IMG/VR virus record: IMGVR_UViG_3300014204_000162
Coordinates: 1 to 64,000 of that record
Reading direction: 5' to 3' (one strand)
Origin: a virus
Taxonomy: Duplodnaviria > Caudoviricetes
Length of the DNA: 64,000 nt
How positions within the stretch are numbered: the first letter of the stretch is position 1; each line of letters begins with the position of its first letter. Positions 37,869 through 48,680 of the stretch are shown in pieces. A program made the translations under genes and the position numbers. The notes beneath the pieces were generated by a model, which was given only the letters and a program-made list of their open reading frames with translations, did no database searches and was not told the DNA's origin.

Positions 37869-39497
37869 ATGGACGAGCAGCAGAAAAACTTAATAGTAGA
37901 TTTTACATATAAAAATCTTAGCAAGTTTGGCATAGATAGAGATATGTCCGATGATAAAAAGGTTGCAGCAGTTGAAACTATTCTTGACGAATATCCTTTA
38001 ACAGGGCCGGGAGGTTTGCGCCGGATGCTTGGAGAAATAGACCCTGAGTATTTCTGCAAAGCTTATCTGTCAGATCAATTTGATAGGGAGTTCGGAGATT
38101 ATGCAAGGGAGATACTAAATACATTAAAAGTCGTTATAGAATCAAACACAAGAGAAAAACAGGCTACCGTTGCTCCACGTGGCCATGGTAAAAGTACATT
38201 TTCAAGTTTTGCGGTACCAACATGGTGTGCATGTTATGAAAAGAAAAGGTTTATACTTTTTATATCAGCAAACGGAGATACAGCAGCAAACTTCTTAGAA
38301 AAAGTTAAAAAAGCCCTGGAATCACCTGCAATTGTTGAAGATTTTGGAGTTTTAAAAGGCAAGGTTTGGAACGCAGACAATATATGCACATCAACAGGTG
38401 TTTGGATAGCTTGTACAGGCTGGAAGTCAGGAATAAGGGGCATAAATAAGGACACAAGGCCAGATCTGATTGCATTAGATGATCTTGAAGATAAGTCGGT
38501 TATGGAATCGGACTCTATGGCTAAGAAACTTGAACAATGTTTTAACGAGGAAATAGGACGTTTGGGAGATTACAAGACTGACATGTTTTATATTGGTACT
38601 CTTTTATCAGAAGACAGCTTATTAGCAAGGACGATTAAGCAATCTTCATGGAAAACTCTCTTTTTCAAGAGGGTTATTTCATTTCCAGACGATGAAGGAG
38701 AAAAGCTATGGGAGGAATGGCGTAAAATTTACCGAGACATGTCAAATGAAAACCGTTTTGACGATGCATGGAATTTTTACCAGAATAATATAGACGCAAT
38801 GTTAAAGGGTGTAAAGGTTTTATGGGAAGATAAAGTACCAGCAGATAAGACAAAATACCCGGGGGGTTACTACAATGTAATGCTAGACCGTGAGGCATTT
38901 GGGGAAAACTCATTTTGGCAGGAGGATCAAAACGAACCACGGTCATCAAGCGATAGACCGTTTAAACAACTAACATATTGGCAGGATTTATACGAAGAAT
39001 ACCCAAAGGTAACAAATTTAAAGCTTACAATAGACCCTGCAGAGGGCAAAAAACAAGATAATACCTCATATACATTAGGCGGAAAGTTGAATAATGGCGT
39101 GTGTATAAAAGATGGACAATTAAAGGACCATAAACTCAATGCAATAATGGAACATACTGCATGGTTTATACAAACCTACCCTGAAATAGATGAGGTGCTA
39201 TTTGAAGAAAACACATATAAGGAAGATGGCACAGAGCAATTAAGGAAATATCTTGTGAGCAAAGGTCTATATCGTAAAGTCACAGGTTTTAGATCAACAG
39301 AAAATAAATACAATAGAATACTGCAAATGGAACCTGACATTAACAATGGCCAGGTTCTTTTTAATAAATTGAATGTCCAGTATAACAATGAGGTTTTAGG
39401 CTTTTCTCCAAGTTGTAAGCATGATGATGCCCCCGATGGATTACATATCCTTTGGAAGCGTCTTAAATCTCCTAATTTCTATATAGCATTTGGCTAA
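37869..39497 (+). CDS. Terminase large subunit
   Basis: Walker A APRGHGKST, Walker B LIALDDLED, 'YIGT' coupling motif, nuclease 'IDPA' and 'HDDAPDG'. Confidence 0.9.
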   Translation: MDEQQKNLIVDFTYKNLSKFGIDRDMSDDKKVAAVETILDEYPLTGPGGLRRMLGEIDPEYFCKAYLSDQFDREFGDYAREILNTLKVVIESNTREKQATVAPRGHGKSTFSSFAVPTWCACYEKKRFILFISANGDTAANFLEKVKKALESPAIVEDFGVLKGKVWNADNICTSTGVWIACTGWKSGIRGINKDTRPDLIALDDLEDKSVMESDSMAKKLEQCFNEEIGRLGDYKTDMFYIGTLLSEDSLLARTIKQSSWKTLFFKRVISFPDDEGEKLWEEWRKIYRDMSNENRFDDAWNFYQNNIDAMLKGVKVLWEDKVPADKTKYPGGYYNVMLDREAFGENSFWQEDQNEPRSSSDRPFKQLTYWQDLYEEYPKVTNLKLTIDPAEGKKQDNTSYTLGGKLNNGVCIKDGQLKDHKLNAIMEHTAWFIQTYPEIDEVLFEENTYKEDGTEQLRKYLVSKGLYRKVTGFRSTENKYNRILQMEPDINNGQVLFNKLNVQYNNEVLGFSPSCKHDDAPDGLHILWKRLKSPNFYIAFG

Positions 39498-39512
39498 AAA
39501 GGTGGTGATAAA

Positions 39513-41561
39513 TTGAGCATATTTGACAGATTAGGCATGATAAAAGCAGCATTTAGTAGCAACCCAAACAATTTTATAAAGGAAACGGCACGACAACTTT
39601 TTACGCCTATTTGGTCCGCACCTCCACGCAGAGCTACGAGCGCATGGCTAGATTTGTATATGAAGTCGCCACGTATGGCACCTGTACACAAGATTGCTAC
39701 CGATTTGGCTACGTCAACATACAAATTAAGGGTTAAAAATACTAATCCTGTAAGATATATAGACAATCACCCATTACTCAAATTACTTAAAAATCCATGC
39801 CCTCAACCAGAAATAACCGGTTATATAATGCTTTACCTAACGGAAGTGTACAGAGATTCTCCGGCAGGTGAAGCATTTTGGCTAATAGAGCGTAATGGGC
39901 TTAGGGTACCAACTGAATTATGGATTATACCTCCACATTGGATTGTACAAACGCCAACTAAAAGTATTCCGTATTTTGAAGTGCTGCCGCAGGGAAACAC
40001 ATCTTACAAAATGATATATGTTTTACCTGAAGACATTATATGGTTTAAAGAACCTGATCCGCTTAACCCATATGGAAGAGGCAGAGGAAGGGCCGAAGCA
40101 ATCGGCGACGAGATGGAAACTGACGAATATATGGCAAAATATTCAAAGAATAAGTTCTTTAATAATGCCGAACCCCCTGTAGTCGTCCAAATGCCTGGAG
40201 CAGACGAACCAATGATTGATAGGACAAGAGAAATGTGGAACCAAAACTATGGAGGAATAAATAAAGTCGGCAAAACAGCATTTGTAGGATGGGATGCAAA
40301 AATAACAAAGCTAAACGACACAGAAAAAGATATGGACTTTATTGAAGGCCGTAAATTTTTGCGTGATACAGTCAACCAATTTTGGAACATGCCCCCTGAA
40401 CTATTTGGCATACTTGAAAACAGCAATAGAAGCACAATAGATGCTGCATATTTTATCTACACAAAAAATGTGCTGTCTCAGCGTCTTAAATCATTTGATG
40501 AAGTAATAAATACACAGCTATTGCCAATGTTTGACGATAGATTAGAGCTTGTCCACGATAATGTAGTACCTCAAGACAATGAATTCGAGTTGAAGAAAGC
40601 TACGGAAGGCTTGAAATATGGTGGTGTAATGGTTGACGAATGGAGAAGGAGCCAGGGGCTTGACGATTTACCGGACAATAAGGGGCAAATGTTATATATT
40701 CCATTAAATATGACGGCTTATCCAGTTGGTGCAGACCCAAAGGGCCTTCCTAATCAAGAGGAAGATGGGAAAATGTTTAAAACTATTAAACTCCCAAAAT
40801 ATACAGAAGATAAAAAAATTGCAATATGGAAAAGTTTCGACAATGCCGCAACTAAATACGAGAAAAAACTTGAAAAAGACTTAAAAAAGTATTTTCAAAA
40901 CCAACAAGATAAAATCACCAAGCAGCTGATGAAAAGTTTAAACAATATACAGACGAAGGATGCATCTAAAAATCCTGATGATTACCTTAACTGGAAGGCA
41001 GAAATAGCCATTTTGTACGCATTGCTTCAACCTTATTGGATGCTTGCAGGTGAAGAAGGGTTTAATATAGCAACTAACCTATACAGCCTTGACATAGAAT
41101 TTGATCAAATAGTAAAGCCTGAGCTTACACAATGGATAGAACAATATGGACTCGATAGAGTGACAGGCATAACTGATACTACAAAAGAAGCATTGCGACA
41201 GAGTTTGAGTGAAGGAATACAAACAGGTGAAAGTCTTGTAAGTCTAAGGGATAGGGTATCAACAGTATTTTCAGAAGCAAAGAATACGAGAGCAACATTA
41301 ATAGCACAAAATGAAACAATGGCAACTGTAGATGTTGGAACTTTTGAAACATATAGGTCTGCAGGACTTGAGAAAAAAGAGTGGCTGAGTAGTAGAGACA
41401 GCGTCGTGAGAGATAGCCATGTGACAATAGACGGGCAAATAAGAAAAATGAATGAGCCATTTAGCAATGGGTTAATGTATCCACATGACCCTAACGGTTC
41501 AGCAAAAGAAACAATACGCTGCAGATGTACATTGATAATACCAGATGAAAACGAAGAATAG
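39513..41561 (+). CDS. Portal protein fused to MuF/gp7-like minor head domain
   Basis: HK97-like portal motifs ('GEAFWLI', 'GRGRAEAI', 'FWNMPPELFG') followed by the MuF signature 'RATLIAQNET...KKEWLS...VRDSH...NG.MYPHDP.....TIRCRC'. Confidence 0.85.
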   Translation: MSIFDRLGMIKAAFSSNPNNFIKETARQLFTPIWSAPPRRATSAWLDLYMKSPRMAPVHKIATDLATSTYKLRVKNTNPVRYIDNHPLLKLLKNPCPQPEITGYIMLYLTEVYRDSPAGEAFWLIERNGLRVPTELWIIPPHWIVQTPTKSIPYFEVLPQGNTSYKMIYVLPEDIIWFKEPDPLNPYGRGRGRAEAIGDEMETDEYMAKYSKNKFFNNAEPPVVVQMPGADEPMIDRTREMWNQNYGGINKVGKTAFVGWDAKITKLNDTEKDMDFIEGRKFLRDTVNQFWNMPPELFGILENSNRSTIDAAYFIYTKNVLSQRLKSFDEVINTQLLPMFDDRLELVHDNVVPQDNEFELKKATEGLKYGGVMVDEWRRSQGLDDLPDNKGQMLYIPLNMTAYPVGADPKGLPNQEEDGKMFKTIKLPKYTEDKKIAIWKSFDNAATKYEKKLEKDLKKYFQNQQDKITKQLMKSLNNIQTKDASKNPDDYLNWKAEIAILYALLQPYWMLAGEEGFNIATNLYSLDIEFDQIVKPELTQWIEQYGLDRVTGITDTTKEALRQSLSEGIQTGESLVSLRDRVSTVFSEAKNTRATLIAQNETMATVDVGTFETYRSAGLEKKEWLSSRDSVVRDSHVTIDGQIRKMNEPFSNGLMYPHDPNGSAKETIRCRCTLIIPDENEE

Positions 41562-41576
41562 AGGTGGTGTAAAAAA

Positions 41577-44030
41577 ATGGATATAAACAGTATGACCCCC
41601 GCAAGTGGGCGAATGCTAAAGGAGAATGGTGAGATTGTGAATATTGCAGAATTATTAGCCTATATAGCAGGTGGGGCAGGACAAGTAAAACCCACCAATT
41701 TTTTATATGTGGGTAAAAACGGCAGCGACACAGAAGGCGATGGAAGCGCGAACCTGCCATATCTAACGATACAAAAGGCTATAGATGTGGCAACACTAGG
41801 AACGGCAATATATATATTTCCAGGGACCTACGCAGAAAATATAACGTTTAAAGCAGGAGTTTATTTAGTAGCTCCGTCAATATTTTCAGTATATATAACA
41901 GGCAACCATATAGCCAGTTTTACTGGTACGGTTGTATGTGCAAATATAATACTTAATTCGGCAAGTGGCAATACATTAAGCTTTACAGGGGGCAATGCAC
42001 AAAATTTTCAACTGTTTAATTCAAGTGTTAATGCAACTGCAGGAGATGCTATAAATTGGACAAATACAAACGCAAACAGCAAAATTTTATTTCAAGATGG
42101 CACATGTAATGTTACAACTTCCGGTGCTAGTGCTAGATGTTTCTATAGCTCATCAACCGCAAAAGGTTCATTCATTGCAAACCGTGTAACGATAAGGTTG
42201 CTCGATAACCCTAACAATACATGTATAGCTCTAGGCGGTGCAGTAGCATTTACGCATACATCAGACCAGATAGTAGGACGTGTTGTAGTTAGCGATTCGG
42301 CAAGCGTTTTGATTGGCAGTGTGGCAATGGTTACCACATCAGTATCGGTATTGCACACGGCATCAACAGGTACTGTAACATTTTTAAATGAAACCATAAC
42401 GACTACTGCAACACCTTCGGTAACCGGCACGGGCCTAGTTTATCATGTAGCATTATTATATACGTCAACTGGGGTAGGCGGCGCATCAACATTAAGCGGA
42501 GGATTAGGACCAATAGGACTCCCAATGAGTAGTATAAAAATTAGAGCAACCGACTTAGTCCCAAGCGCACAGATTTTAGCAGGGCTTAACACAGGCGCAT
42601 TTGAATTTACAGGTACTGACTCCTATTTTACAATAGGGGCAACAAGGTATAAACATATGCTTTATCCAGAAAATTATCCTTCGCACATTTTATATGTCGA
42701 TAATTCACGAACTGATAGCTATACACCGGATGGTAGCGCATCTAAGCCATACAAAGATGTACAAAGTGCGCATGATGCAATCGGCAAGACTAACTATTTG
42801 ACTGACAATCAAAATAGTGTAGAAACAGACTTAACCGGTTTTACATCTAAATTGAGTGCGACACTAACAAGAGATATAACAGAGCATAGATTTGGATCTG
42901 CATCATTAAAAGTTGTTACTCCCGGAACCGTGTCGGCAGAAGGAGCTACATTAACAGGCGCAGCAGTTGCAGCGTCTACTCAATATACAGCAGAGGTTTG
43001 GGTAAAAGGTTCTGGAACAGCTACATTAGCATTGCAAGAACAGACATCTACAGGCACAGTTGTTGGGACTACAACAAAAGCAATAACTCTTACAGATATT
43101 TGGACACGCTATGAAATATCGCGAACTTTTGGGGCAACAGGGGTTTCAGCAGTTGTTTTACTTTATACAGCAACTGCACAGGCAACAACTTTTTATGCTG
43201 ATGGTTTTAGAGTTGGTCTGGCTTCTGAAATACCAAGTTCAACAAATATGTACAGTATTTGCGTAGCTTTGGGTATGCGATATACTGGAACGCTAGATAT
43301 TTGGAGAGATTATTTAACCATATATGGACAAGGTGCGACAAAAGGTGCGGGGTTTAAAGGAACTATAAACAATTGGTCACCACATTTAACATTACAGGGA
43401 ATTCATTTAATGGGAACTTCAAGTGCGACTAGAGATTGCTATTTTAATCAGGTTATGAATGGCGATTTCCTTGTTGAATTTAAAGATTGTAGGGCTTCAT
43501 ACTGCACAATGGTGGTATCTGCATCCGGTACTACAGCTCAAAAAAATAATGCGTATGTGCAAGCAACTGGTGGTACTACACTTTGGCAACAAAATACTAT
43601 TGCTTGTACAGGAGTAAATGGGACTCTTGGATTAATCAGCGGTATACACGCGGTAAATACATTCACAGCAACTGGATGTTACCTTGTTATGGGGTGCGCT
43701 ACAGTTGATAGTTGCATAACGAACCTTGAGGCAGGAACCGTAGCGGAATTTATGGGAATGAATGCTGTGAGAAATACTGTGAATTTAAAAACCGGTGCTA
43801 CATTATATGCAGATATTAACGCATTGAATAACTTTAATAATACGCTTAATAATACAGGAGGAACTTTAATTCGAGTATCAGATGCACAGGTATTCGCGGC
43901 TTTACAAACCTTAAAAGCTTCAGCTATATCAGATCCGTCTGGTGGAGATACAATTGATTCTGAATCAAGAACAGCTATAAACGCTATTCTTGATGTTTTG
44001 CAAACATACGGAATGATTGCAACGTCGTAA
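41577..44030 (+). CDS. Large head-fibre-like protein with beta-helix segments and a carbohydrate-binding-like module
   Basis: Two 'Y V..G.D...DGS...PY..IQ.A.D' motifs; CBM4/9-like 'GSASLKVVT...YTAEVWVKGSG...TDIWTRYEI...FYADG'; C-terminal 'AINAILDVLQTYGMIA' fibre-type tail. Confidence 0.55.
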   Translation: MDINSMTPASGRMLKENGEIVNIAELLAYIAGGAGQVKPTNFLYVGKNGSDTEGDGSANLPYLTIQKAIDVATLGTAIYIFPGTYAENITFKAGVYLVAPSIFSVYITGNHIASFTGTVVCANIILNSASGNTLSFTGGNAQNFQLFNSSVNATAGDAINWTNTNANSKILFQDGTCNVTTSGASARCFYSSSTAKGSFIANRVTIRLLDNPNNTCIALGGAVAFTHTSDQIVGRVVVSDSASVLIGSVAMVTTSVSVLHTASTGTVTFLNETITTTATPSVTGTGLVYHVALLYTSTGVGGASTLSGGLGPIGLPMSSIKIRATDLVPSAQILAGLNTGAFEFTGTDSYFTIGATRYKHMLYPENYPSHILYVDNSRTDSYTPDGSASKPYKDVQSAHDAIGKTNYLTDNQNSVETDLTGFTSKLSATLTRDITEHRFGSASLKVVTPGTVSAEGATLTGAAVAASTQYTAEVWVKGSGTATLALQEQTSTGTVVGTTTKAITLTDIWTRYEISRTFGATGVSAVVLLYTATAQATTFYADGFRVGLASEIPSSTNMYSICVALGMRYTGTLDIWRDYLTIYGQGATKGAGFKGTINNWSPHLTLQGIHLMGTSSATRDCYFNQVMNGDFLVEFKDCRASYCTMVVSASGTTAQKNNAYVQATGGTTLWQQNTIACTGVNGTLGLISGIHAVNTFTATGCYLVMGCATVDSCITNLEAGTVAEFMGMNAVRNTVNLKTGATLYADINALNNFNNTLNNTGGTLIRVSDAQVFAALQTLKASAISDPSGGDTIDSESRTAINAILDVLQTYGMIATS

Positions 44031-44088
44031 AAAACATTTAAAAATGATGACACACTCTTATATTAAGAGATAAAAGGAAGGTGAAATA

Positions 44089-45774
44089 ATGGACATGGTA
44101 AGAAAACAATTTAATTTTGAAGTTAAACAAATCGGCGAAGAAAAAGACAGGACATTGCGACTTATAGGTTCAACCGAAAGCATAGATAGGGACAGCGACA
44201 TAATTGAGGTTGCTGGATGGCAAACAAAAGAATACATGGCTAACCCTGTATTTTTATGGTGCCACACATATGACATTCCACCAATAGGTAAATGCTTGAA
44301 AGTAGAAAAAGATGTCCAAAATAAGAAGCTTGCATTTGATATAAAGTTCCCCACTATTGCAGAGCTGTCCAGTGACGTAAACAACCCTGCAGATCATGCA
44401 AAATTTGTTGACATGGTATACAACATGTATAAGGGCGGTTACTTAAATGCTACATCCGTAGGTTTTAGAGGCATAGAGTCAAAAATAAGGGATGACCCGG
44501 ATGTTTTAGACAAACCGGATTGGGCCAGAGGAAGAAGATATATGAAACAAAATCTGCTTGAATTGTCAGCGGTTCCAGTTCCGGCTAATCCCGAAGCATT
44601 GCAGGAGGCCAAGTCAAAAGGCTTGATTTCAGATGTTGAGATTAAGTCTTTTTTTAATGCTGAAGAAAAAGGCGCTATACCCTATAAGTCATACCCCACA
44701 ATGTCAGAAGATACGGCTTGGGACGGACCTAAAGAAGTTGCGGCAGCAGAGGTAGCCGATCTTAAAATTATGTGTACATGGTATGACTCTGACAATGCAG
44801 ATGTAAAAAGCAGCTATAAACTACCTCATCACCAAAAAGACGGCTACAAGGTTGTTTGGAATGGTGTTAAGGCCGCTATGGGTGCGTTACTCGGAGCAAG
44901 GGGAGGAACAAAAATCCCTGATGCGGATAGAGAAAAAGTATATAACCACCTTGCAAAACACTACAAAGACTTTGATAAAGAAGCACCTGAGTTTAAGAAA
45001 TATACAGACATTGAGCTAAAATCTATGTTTCCAGAAACAAAGAAACTTGACTTAGACGGCAACCCATCAACATTTGACATCATGAGGGCTGTTTATAATG
45101 CCATAGATCCTGCAAACGTATGTTGCGGTATATGGATAGAAGATTTATACCCTATCAAATATCCTGATGGGCATGTGATTGTATACAAAGAAGATAAATT
45201 CTATCAATACGATTACACATACAAAGATGGAACAGCAACATTGCAAGGCGAGGGCAAAGAACTTGAGAATATATATGCAGAAAAGCCCAAGTCATTTTTA
45301 AAACCCATAGATAGTAAATCCGGTGCCAGGCTGTCAAGGCAAAGCAAAGAGAAGCTAAGCAGTGTAATTGAAGAAATGAAGAACATGGAAGGCACATGCA
45401 AAGGTTGCAGAGATAAGATAGCCCAGTTCATGGATGGCGATGGACCGGCGTCTGAAGAGGATGACAGAAAATCTTCTACTGATGCACCAGCAAATACGCC
45501 TACACCTGAAACAAAAATGAAGCAGGAAGATATACAAGCAATCGCGGCAGAAGTAGTCAAGCTGCTGCCGCAGGTTCCACAACAAAAGCAGGAACCAGAA
45601 CCAACCCCAAATGATGCAAACGAGGTTGAAATAGATCTCGATGCTATAGATATCCCAAACGCTGCAAAAGAAGCTGATAACAACGAACTAGATATCAAAC
45701 CAGAGGAAATCGCAAAAATGATGGAAGACCTATTAGAAAAGAAACTAAGACAATTAACAGGAAAAATTGATTAA
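44089..45774 (+). CDS. HK97-type prohead protease with extra internal domains and scaffold-like tail
   Basis: 'STESIDRDSDII', 'NPVFLWCH', 'PIGK', 'SVGF', 'LLELSAVPVPANPEAL'. Confidence 0.85.
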   Translation: MDMVRKQFNFEVKQIGEEKDRTLRLIGSTESIDRDSDIIEVAGWQTKEYMANPVFLWCHTYDIPPIGKCLKVEKDVQNKKLAFDIKFPTIAELSSDVNNPADHAKFVDMVYNMYKGGYLNATSVGFRGIESKIRDDPDVLDKPDWARGRRYMKQNLLELSAVPVPANPEALQEAKSKGLISDVEIKSFFNAEEKGAIPYKSYPTMSEDTAWDGPKEVAAAEVADLKIMCTWYDSDNADVKSSYKLPHHQKDGYKVVWNGVKAAMGALLGARGGTKIPDADREKVYNHLAKHYKDFDKEAPEFKKYTDIELKSMFPETKKLDLDGNPSTFDIMRAVYNAIDPANVCCGIWIEDLYPIKYPDGHVIVYKEDKFYQYDYTYKDGTATLQGEGKELENIYAEKPKSFLKPIDSKSGARLSRQSKEKLSSVIEEMKNMEGTCKGCRDKIAQFMDGDGPASEEDDRKSSTDAPANTPTPETKMKQEDIQAIAAEVVKLLPQVPQQKQEPEPTPNDANEVEIDLDAIDIPNAAKEADNNELDIKPEEIAKMMEDLLEKKLRQLTGKID

Positions 45775-45788
45775 GGGAGGAAATAATA

Positions 45789-46991
45789 ATGACACATGAA
45801 GAATTACAAGCAATGATGGGGAAAATGATGGATGAATCATTTGACAAGAAATTAGCTCCAATACTCGAAACACAGCGTAAATACGCGGATATATTCAATA
45901 ACCCGCAGCCCAAAGCAGAAGACAAGGGAGAAAAGCTTGAACCTGGTATTAGATTCGCTAGATGTGCAAAATTAAACGTAATTGCAAAAGGTGATATGGA
46001 AAAAGCACTTGCAATAGCAAAAGGCACAACTGGCAAAGATGTAAACAGAGCAAAGGCAATGTACCCCGACGATTTAGTGTTACATGAACAAATAGGAAAA
46101 GCATTAGGTACGACAATCCCCAGTGATGGGGGTTTTTTAGTTCCCGAAGTTTTAGCGCAGGAAGTAATTCCACTCTTATATGCTAAAACTGTAGTTATGG
46201 AATTGGGCGGCAGAAGAGTTGATATGACAAATGCAAACTTGACAATTCCTAGGCTGTCCCAAGGTTCAACAGCATACTATGAAGGCGAAAACCGTCCAGC
46301 ACCTAAGTCACAGCAGAAGTTTGACGCATTAAATTTGCGTTCAAAGAAACTTTTTGTGCTCGTACCGACTTCTAATGATTTGATAAGAAATGCAAGTGTT
46401 TCAGCGGATGCATTAATAAGGGACGATATGTTAAGGTCCACAAGATTAAAAATGGACTACATGGGATTATACGGACCTGGGACTCAGTACACTCCGCTTG
46501 GAATAAAATACACTAAAAATATTTTGTCAAATTCCGCATCCGCCAAAATTGATCAGGATGATCCGGTTACTATGGTATCTGCCTTGAAACATAATAATAT
46601 CCCTATGGTGAGCATGGGATGGGCCTTTAACTCCATTATGGAGGGTGCATTAAAGAATTTAAAGACGACCACAGGCGCTTATATCTATAGGGAAGAAATG
46701 AATACAGGCAAATTACTTGGATTCCCATACCTTACAACGGAACAGATTCCAATAGGGGCTGATGACCATGGTATAACTGATATATTCCTTGGCGATTGGT
46801 CAGAGTTCATACTTGGCGAAGAAGTTGCCTTTGAATTATCCGCATCTACAGAAGCGGCATATACGGATGAAAACAATAACATTGTATCTGCATTTACAAA
46901 TGATCAAACTGTAATCAAAATATTGTCTAAACATGATATGGGTGTAAGACATGCTCCTGCATTCCTTGTATACAGCTACTACACTAAATAA
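45789..46991 (+). CDS. Major capsid protein (HK97 fold)
   Basis: 'DGGFLVPE', 'AYYEGE', 'LLGFPY', 'GDWSEFILGE'. Confidence 0.9.
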   Translation: MTHEELQAMMGKMMDESFDKKLAPILETQRKYADIFNNPQPKAEDKGEKLEPGIRFARCAKLNVIAKGDMEKALAIAKGTTGKDVNRAKAMYPDDLVLHEQIGKALGTTIPSDGGFLVPEVLAQEVIPLLYAKTVVMELGGRRVDMTNANLTIPRLSQGSTAYYEGENRPAPKSQQKFDALNLRSKKLFVLVPTSNDLIRNASVSADALIRDDMLRSTRLKMDYMGLYGPGTQYTPLGIKYTKNILSNSASAKIDQDDPVTMVSALKHNNIPMVSMGWAFNSIMEGALKNLKTTTGAYIYREEMNTGKLLGFPYLTTEQIPIGADDHGITDIFLGDWSEFILGEEVAFELSASTEAAYTDENNNIVSAFTNDQTVIKILSKHDMGVRHAPAFLVYSYYTK

Positions 46992-46993
46992 TC

Positions 46994-47026
46994 ATAGGGT
47001 GGCCATAAACCCACCCTATCTATTTT
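46994..47026 (+). terminator. Hairpin after the capsid gene
   Basis: ATAGGGTGG-CCATAAAC-CCACCCTAT followed by a T-rich stretch. Confidence 0.55.
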
Positions 47027-47049
47027 AAATCGAAAGGATGGTAATATAA

Positions 47050-47523
47050 ATGTCAATAAGAAGGATGTACGAACGAGTTAAACATGTACCAGGCATAAAC
47101 GCTGCCGCATTGGCAGCAGGTGCTACAAATGGAATTGTAATTGATAGATATGGCGCACTTCCTGCACAACCGTCAGGAATTACAGCATATACAGCCTATA
47201 CACAGGCAGCTGGGATATATCTAACCGGCAATATACTTTTATCAGTTGGCGCAGCTTCCGGCGAGCCTACAGCACAGTCGGTCACCCTTAAATTGCAAGA
47301 AAGCGACGCTTCGGATGGCTCAGGGATGGAAGATGTAACCGGTGCAACGATATCTGCCTTAACAGCAGACAATGCCTATTCTGCAAAAGATTTTGACCTT
47401 GCAGGACTAAAGAGATATATAAGAGTAGTTGTAACTGTTGCATTAACAGCGGGTACATCACCTAAAATTCCAGTCGCAGTAGCGGTTGCCCTTGGTGACA
47501 GCAACAATGATCCTGCTCTGTAA
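47050..47523 (+). CDS. Putative capsid decoration/cement protein
   Basis: Position after MCP; Ala/Thr/Gly-rich beta sequence 'LKLQESD....MEDVTGA', 'KRYIRVV'. Confidence 0.6.
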   Translation: MSIRRMYERVKHVPGINAAALAAGATNGIVIDRYGALPAQPSGITAYTAYTQAAGIYLTGNILLSVGAASGEPTAQSVTLKLQESDASDGSGMEDVTGATISALTADNAYSAKDFDLAGLKRYIRVVVTVALTAGTSPKIPVAVAVALGDSNNDPAL

Positions 47524-47745
47524 AGGAGTGATCTAATTGCATTGCAGTAACTGTCAACGGCCATATGACCAATGTATTTGCAAAAAAGAAAAGTTTACAG
47601 ATAAGATTGACAATAAGATGATTGAACCAGAAAAAGGCAAAAATAAAAGCAGCAAAAATACCATAAAAAAGTAACAAAGAAATAACTGAGTAAAGGCTTT
47701 GCAGGCTGTGCCATAAACAACCTGTTTCTCATATTATCATTGAAT

Positions 47746-47766
47746 TATACAGAATAATTCTGTATA
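47746..47766. promoter_or_regulatory. Palindromic operator within a sigma-A-like promoter of a moron
   Basis: TATACAGAAT-A-ATTCTGTATA lies between TTGAAT (47740-45) and TATAAT (47765-70). Confidence 0.55.
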
Positions 47767-47796
47767 ATATAGATAAGGAGATAAGGAGATGATATT

Positions 47797-48573
47797 ATGG
47801 GAATGGACACATTGGGACATGATAAACAAAGAAAATGCGAACAAATAACGAATAGAAAATATACAGCTTGCTATACTAATCATGGAGAACTTGGTCCACA
47901 TTGGGCAGACTGCATATTAAAAGACGTAGAGGGTAATGTAATTTACGAAGATTTTGTGAATTACAAGACAACCCAATGGCAGGAAAACATACAGTACATA
48001 AAGAAAATACCGATGAGGGAATTGACTGCAGAAGAGTTAATAAATTTAACCGCTATTGAGCGACTGGCACAGCAAATATCAAATAAGGTTCATGTACCTT
48101 GGGAAGAAATAGTTGGTTGCTTTAAAGTTGAAGACCTTGGCGAAAAAGAAATGATGGATGAAACAATAGCAAAAATGAAATTAATTGCAGATACAGACTT
48201 TAAGACAGAAGGAGAAGATATTATGCCACGGTTAGACTTTATAGTAAGCGAAGAAATTAAGAACAAGCTCAAGGATGTAGCAAAGGCAGAAAATCGGAGC
48301 ATGACAAAAGAACTGGAATTTATCATAGCAGATAGATATAGGCAGCTATGCAAGGACATGACACAGCACAGAGAAGATGGTCTATGCCCATGCGAAAAGT
48401 GCTTTAATGGGAAGTATCATTCCCAAAGTAAACTTACAATACCAACAATAACATATAGCAAGTCAGATGCAAAAGTTATTCTCATGACATATGAACGAGT
48501 GAAGAAAAATAATGACGATGGTACCTATATTTATGAATGGATTGAGGTTAAGAATGGTGAAAATAATGCCTAA
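47797..48573 (+). CDS. Moron protein with internal ribbon-helix-helix domain
   Basis: 'RLDFIVSEEIKNKLKDVAKAENRSMTKELEFII' Arc/CopG-like; own promoter upstream and terminator downstream. Confidence 0.55.
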   Translation: MGMDTLGHDKQRKCEQITNRKYTACYTNHGELGPHWADCILKDVEGNVIYEDFVNYKTTQWQENIQYIKKIPMRELTAEELINLTAIERLAQQISNKVHVPWEEIVGCFKVEDLGEKEMMDETIAKMKLIADTDFKTEGEDIMPRLDFIVSEEIKNKLKDVAKAENRSMTKELEFIIADRYRQLCKDMTQHREDGLCPCEKCFNGKYHSQSKLTIPTITYSKSDAKVILMTYERVKKNNDDGTYIYEWIEVKNGENNA

Positions 48574-48680
48574 TCATGGCATTGAAATGGCAAGGTACGC
48601 AAAGGATTAATAAAACCACGCATAGATAGGGGGTAATTATGAATAAAGTTCAAATATCTTATAAATACAAATGCAAAATT

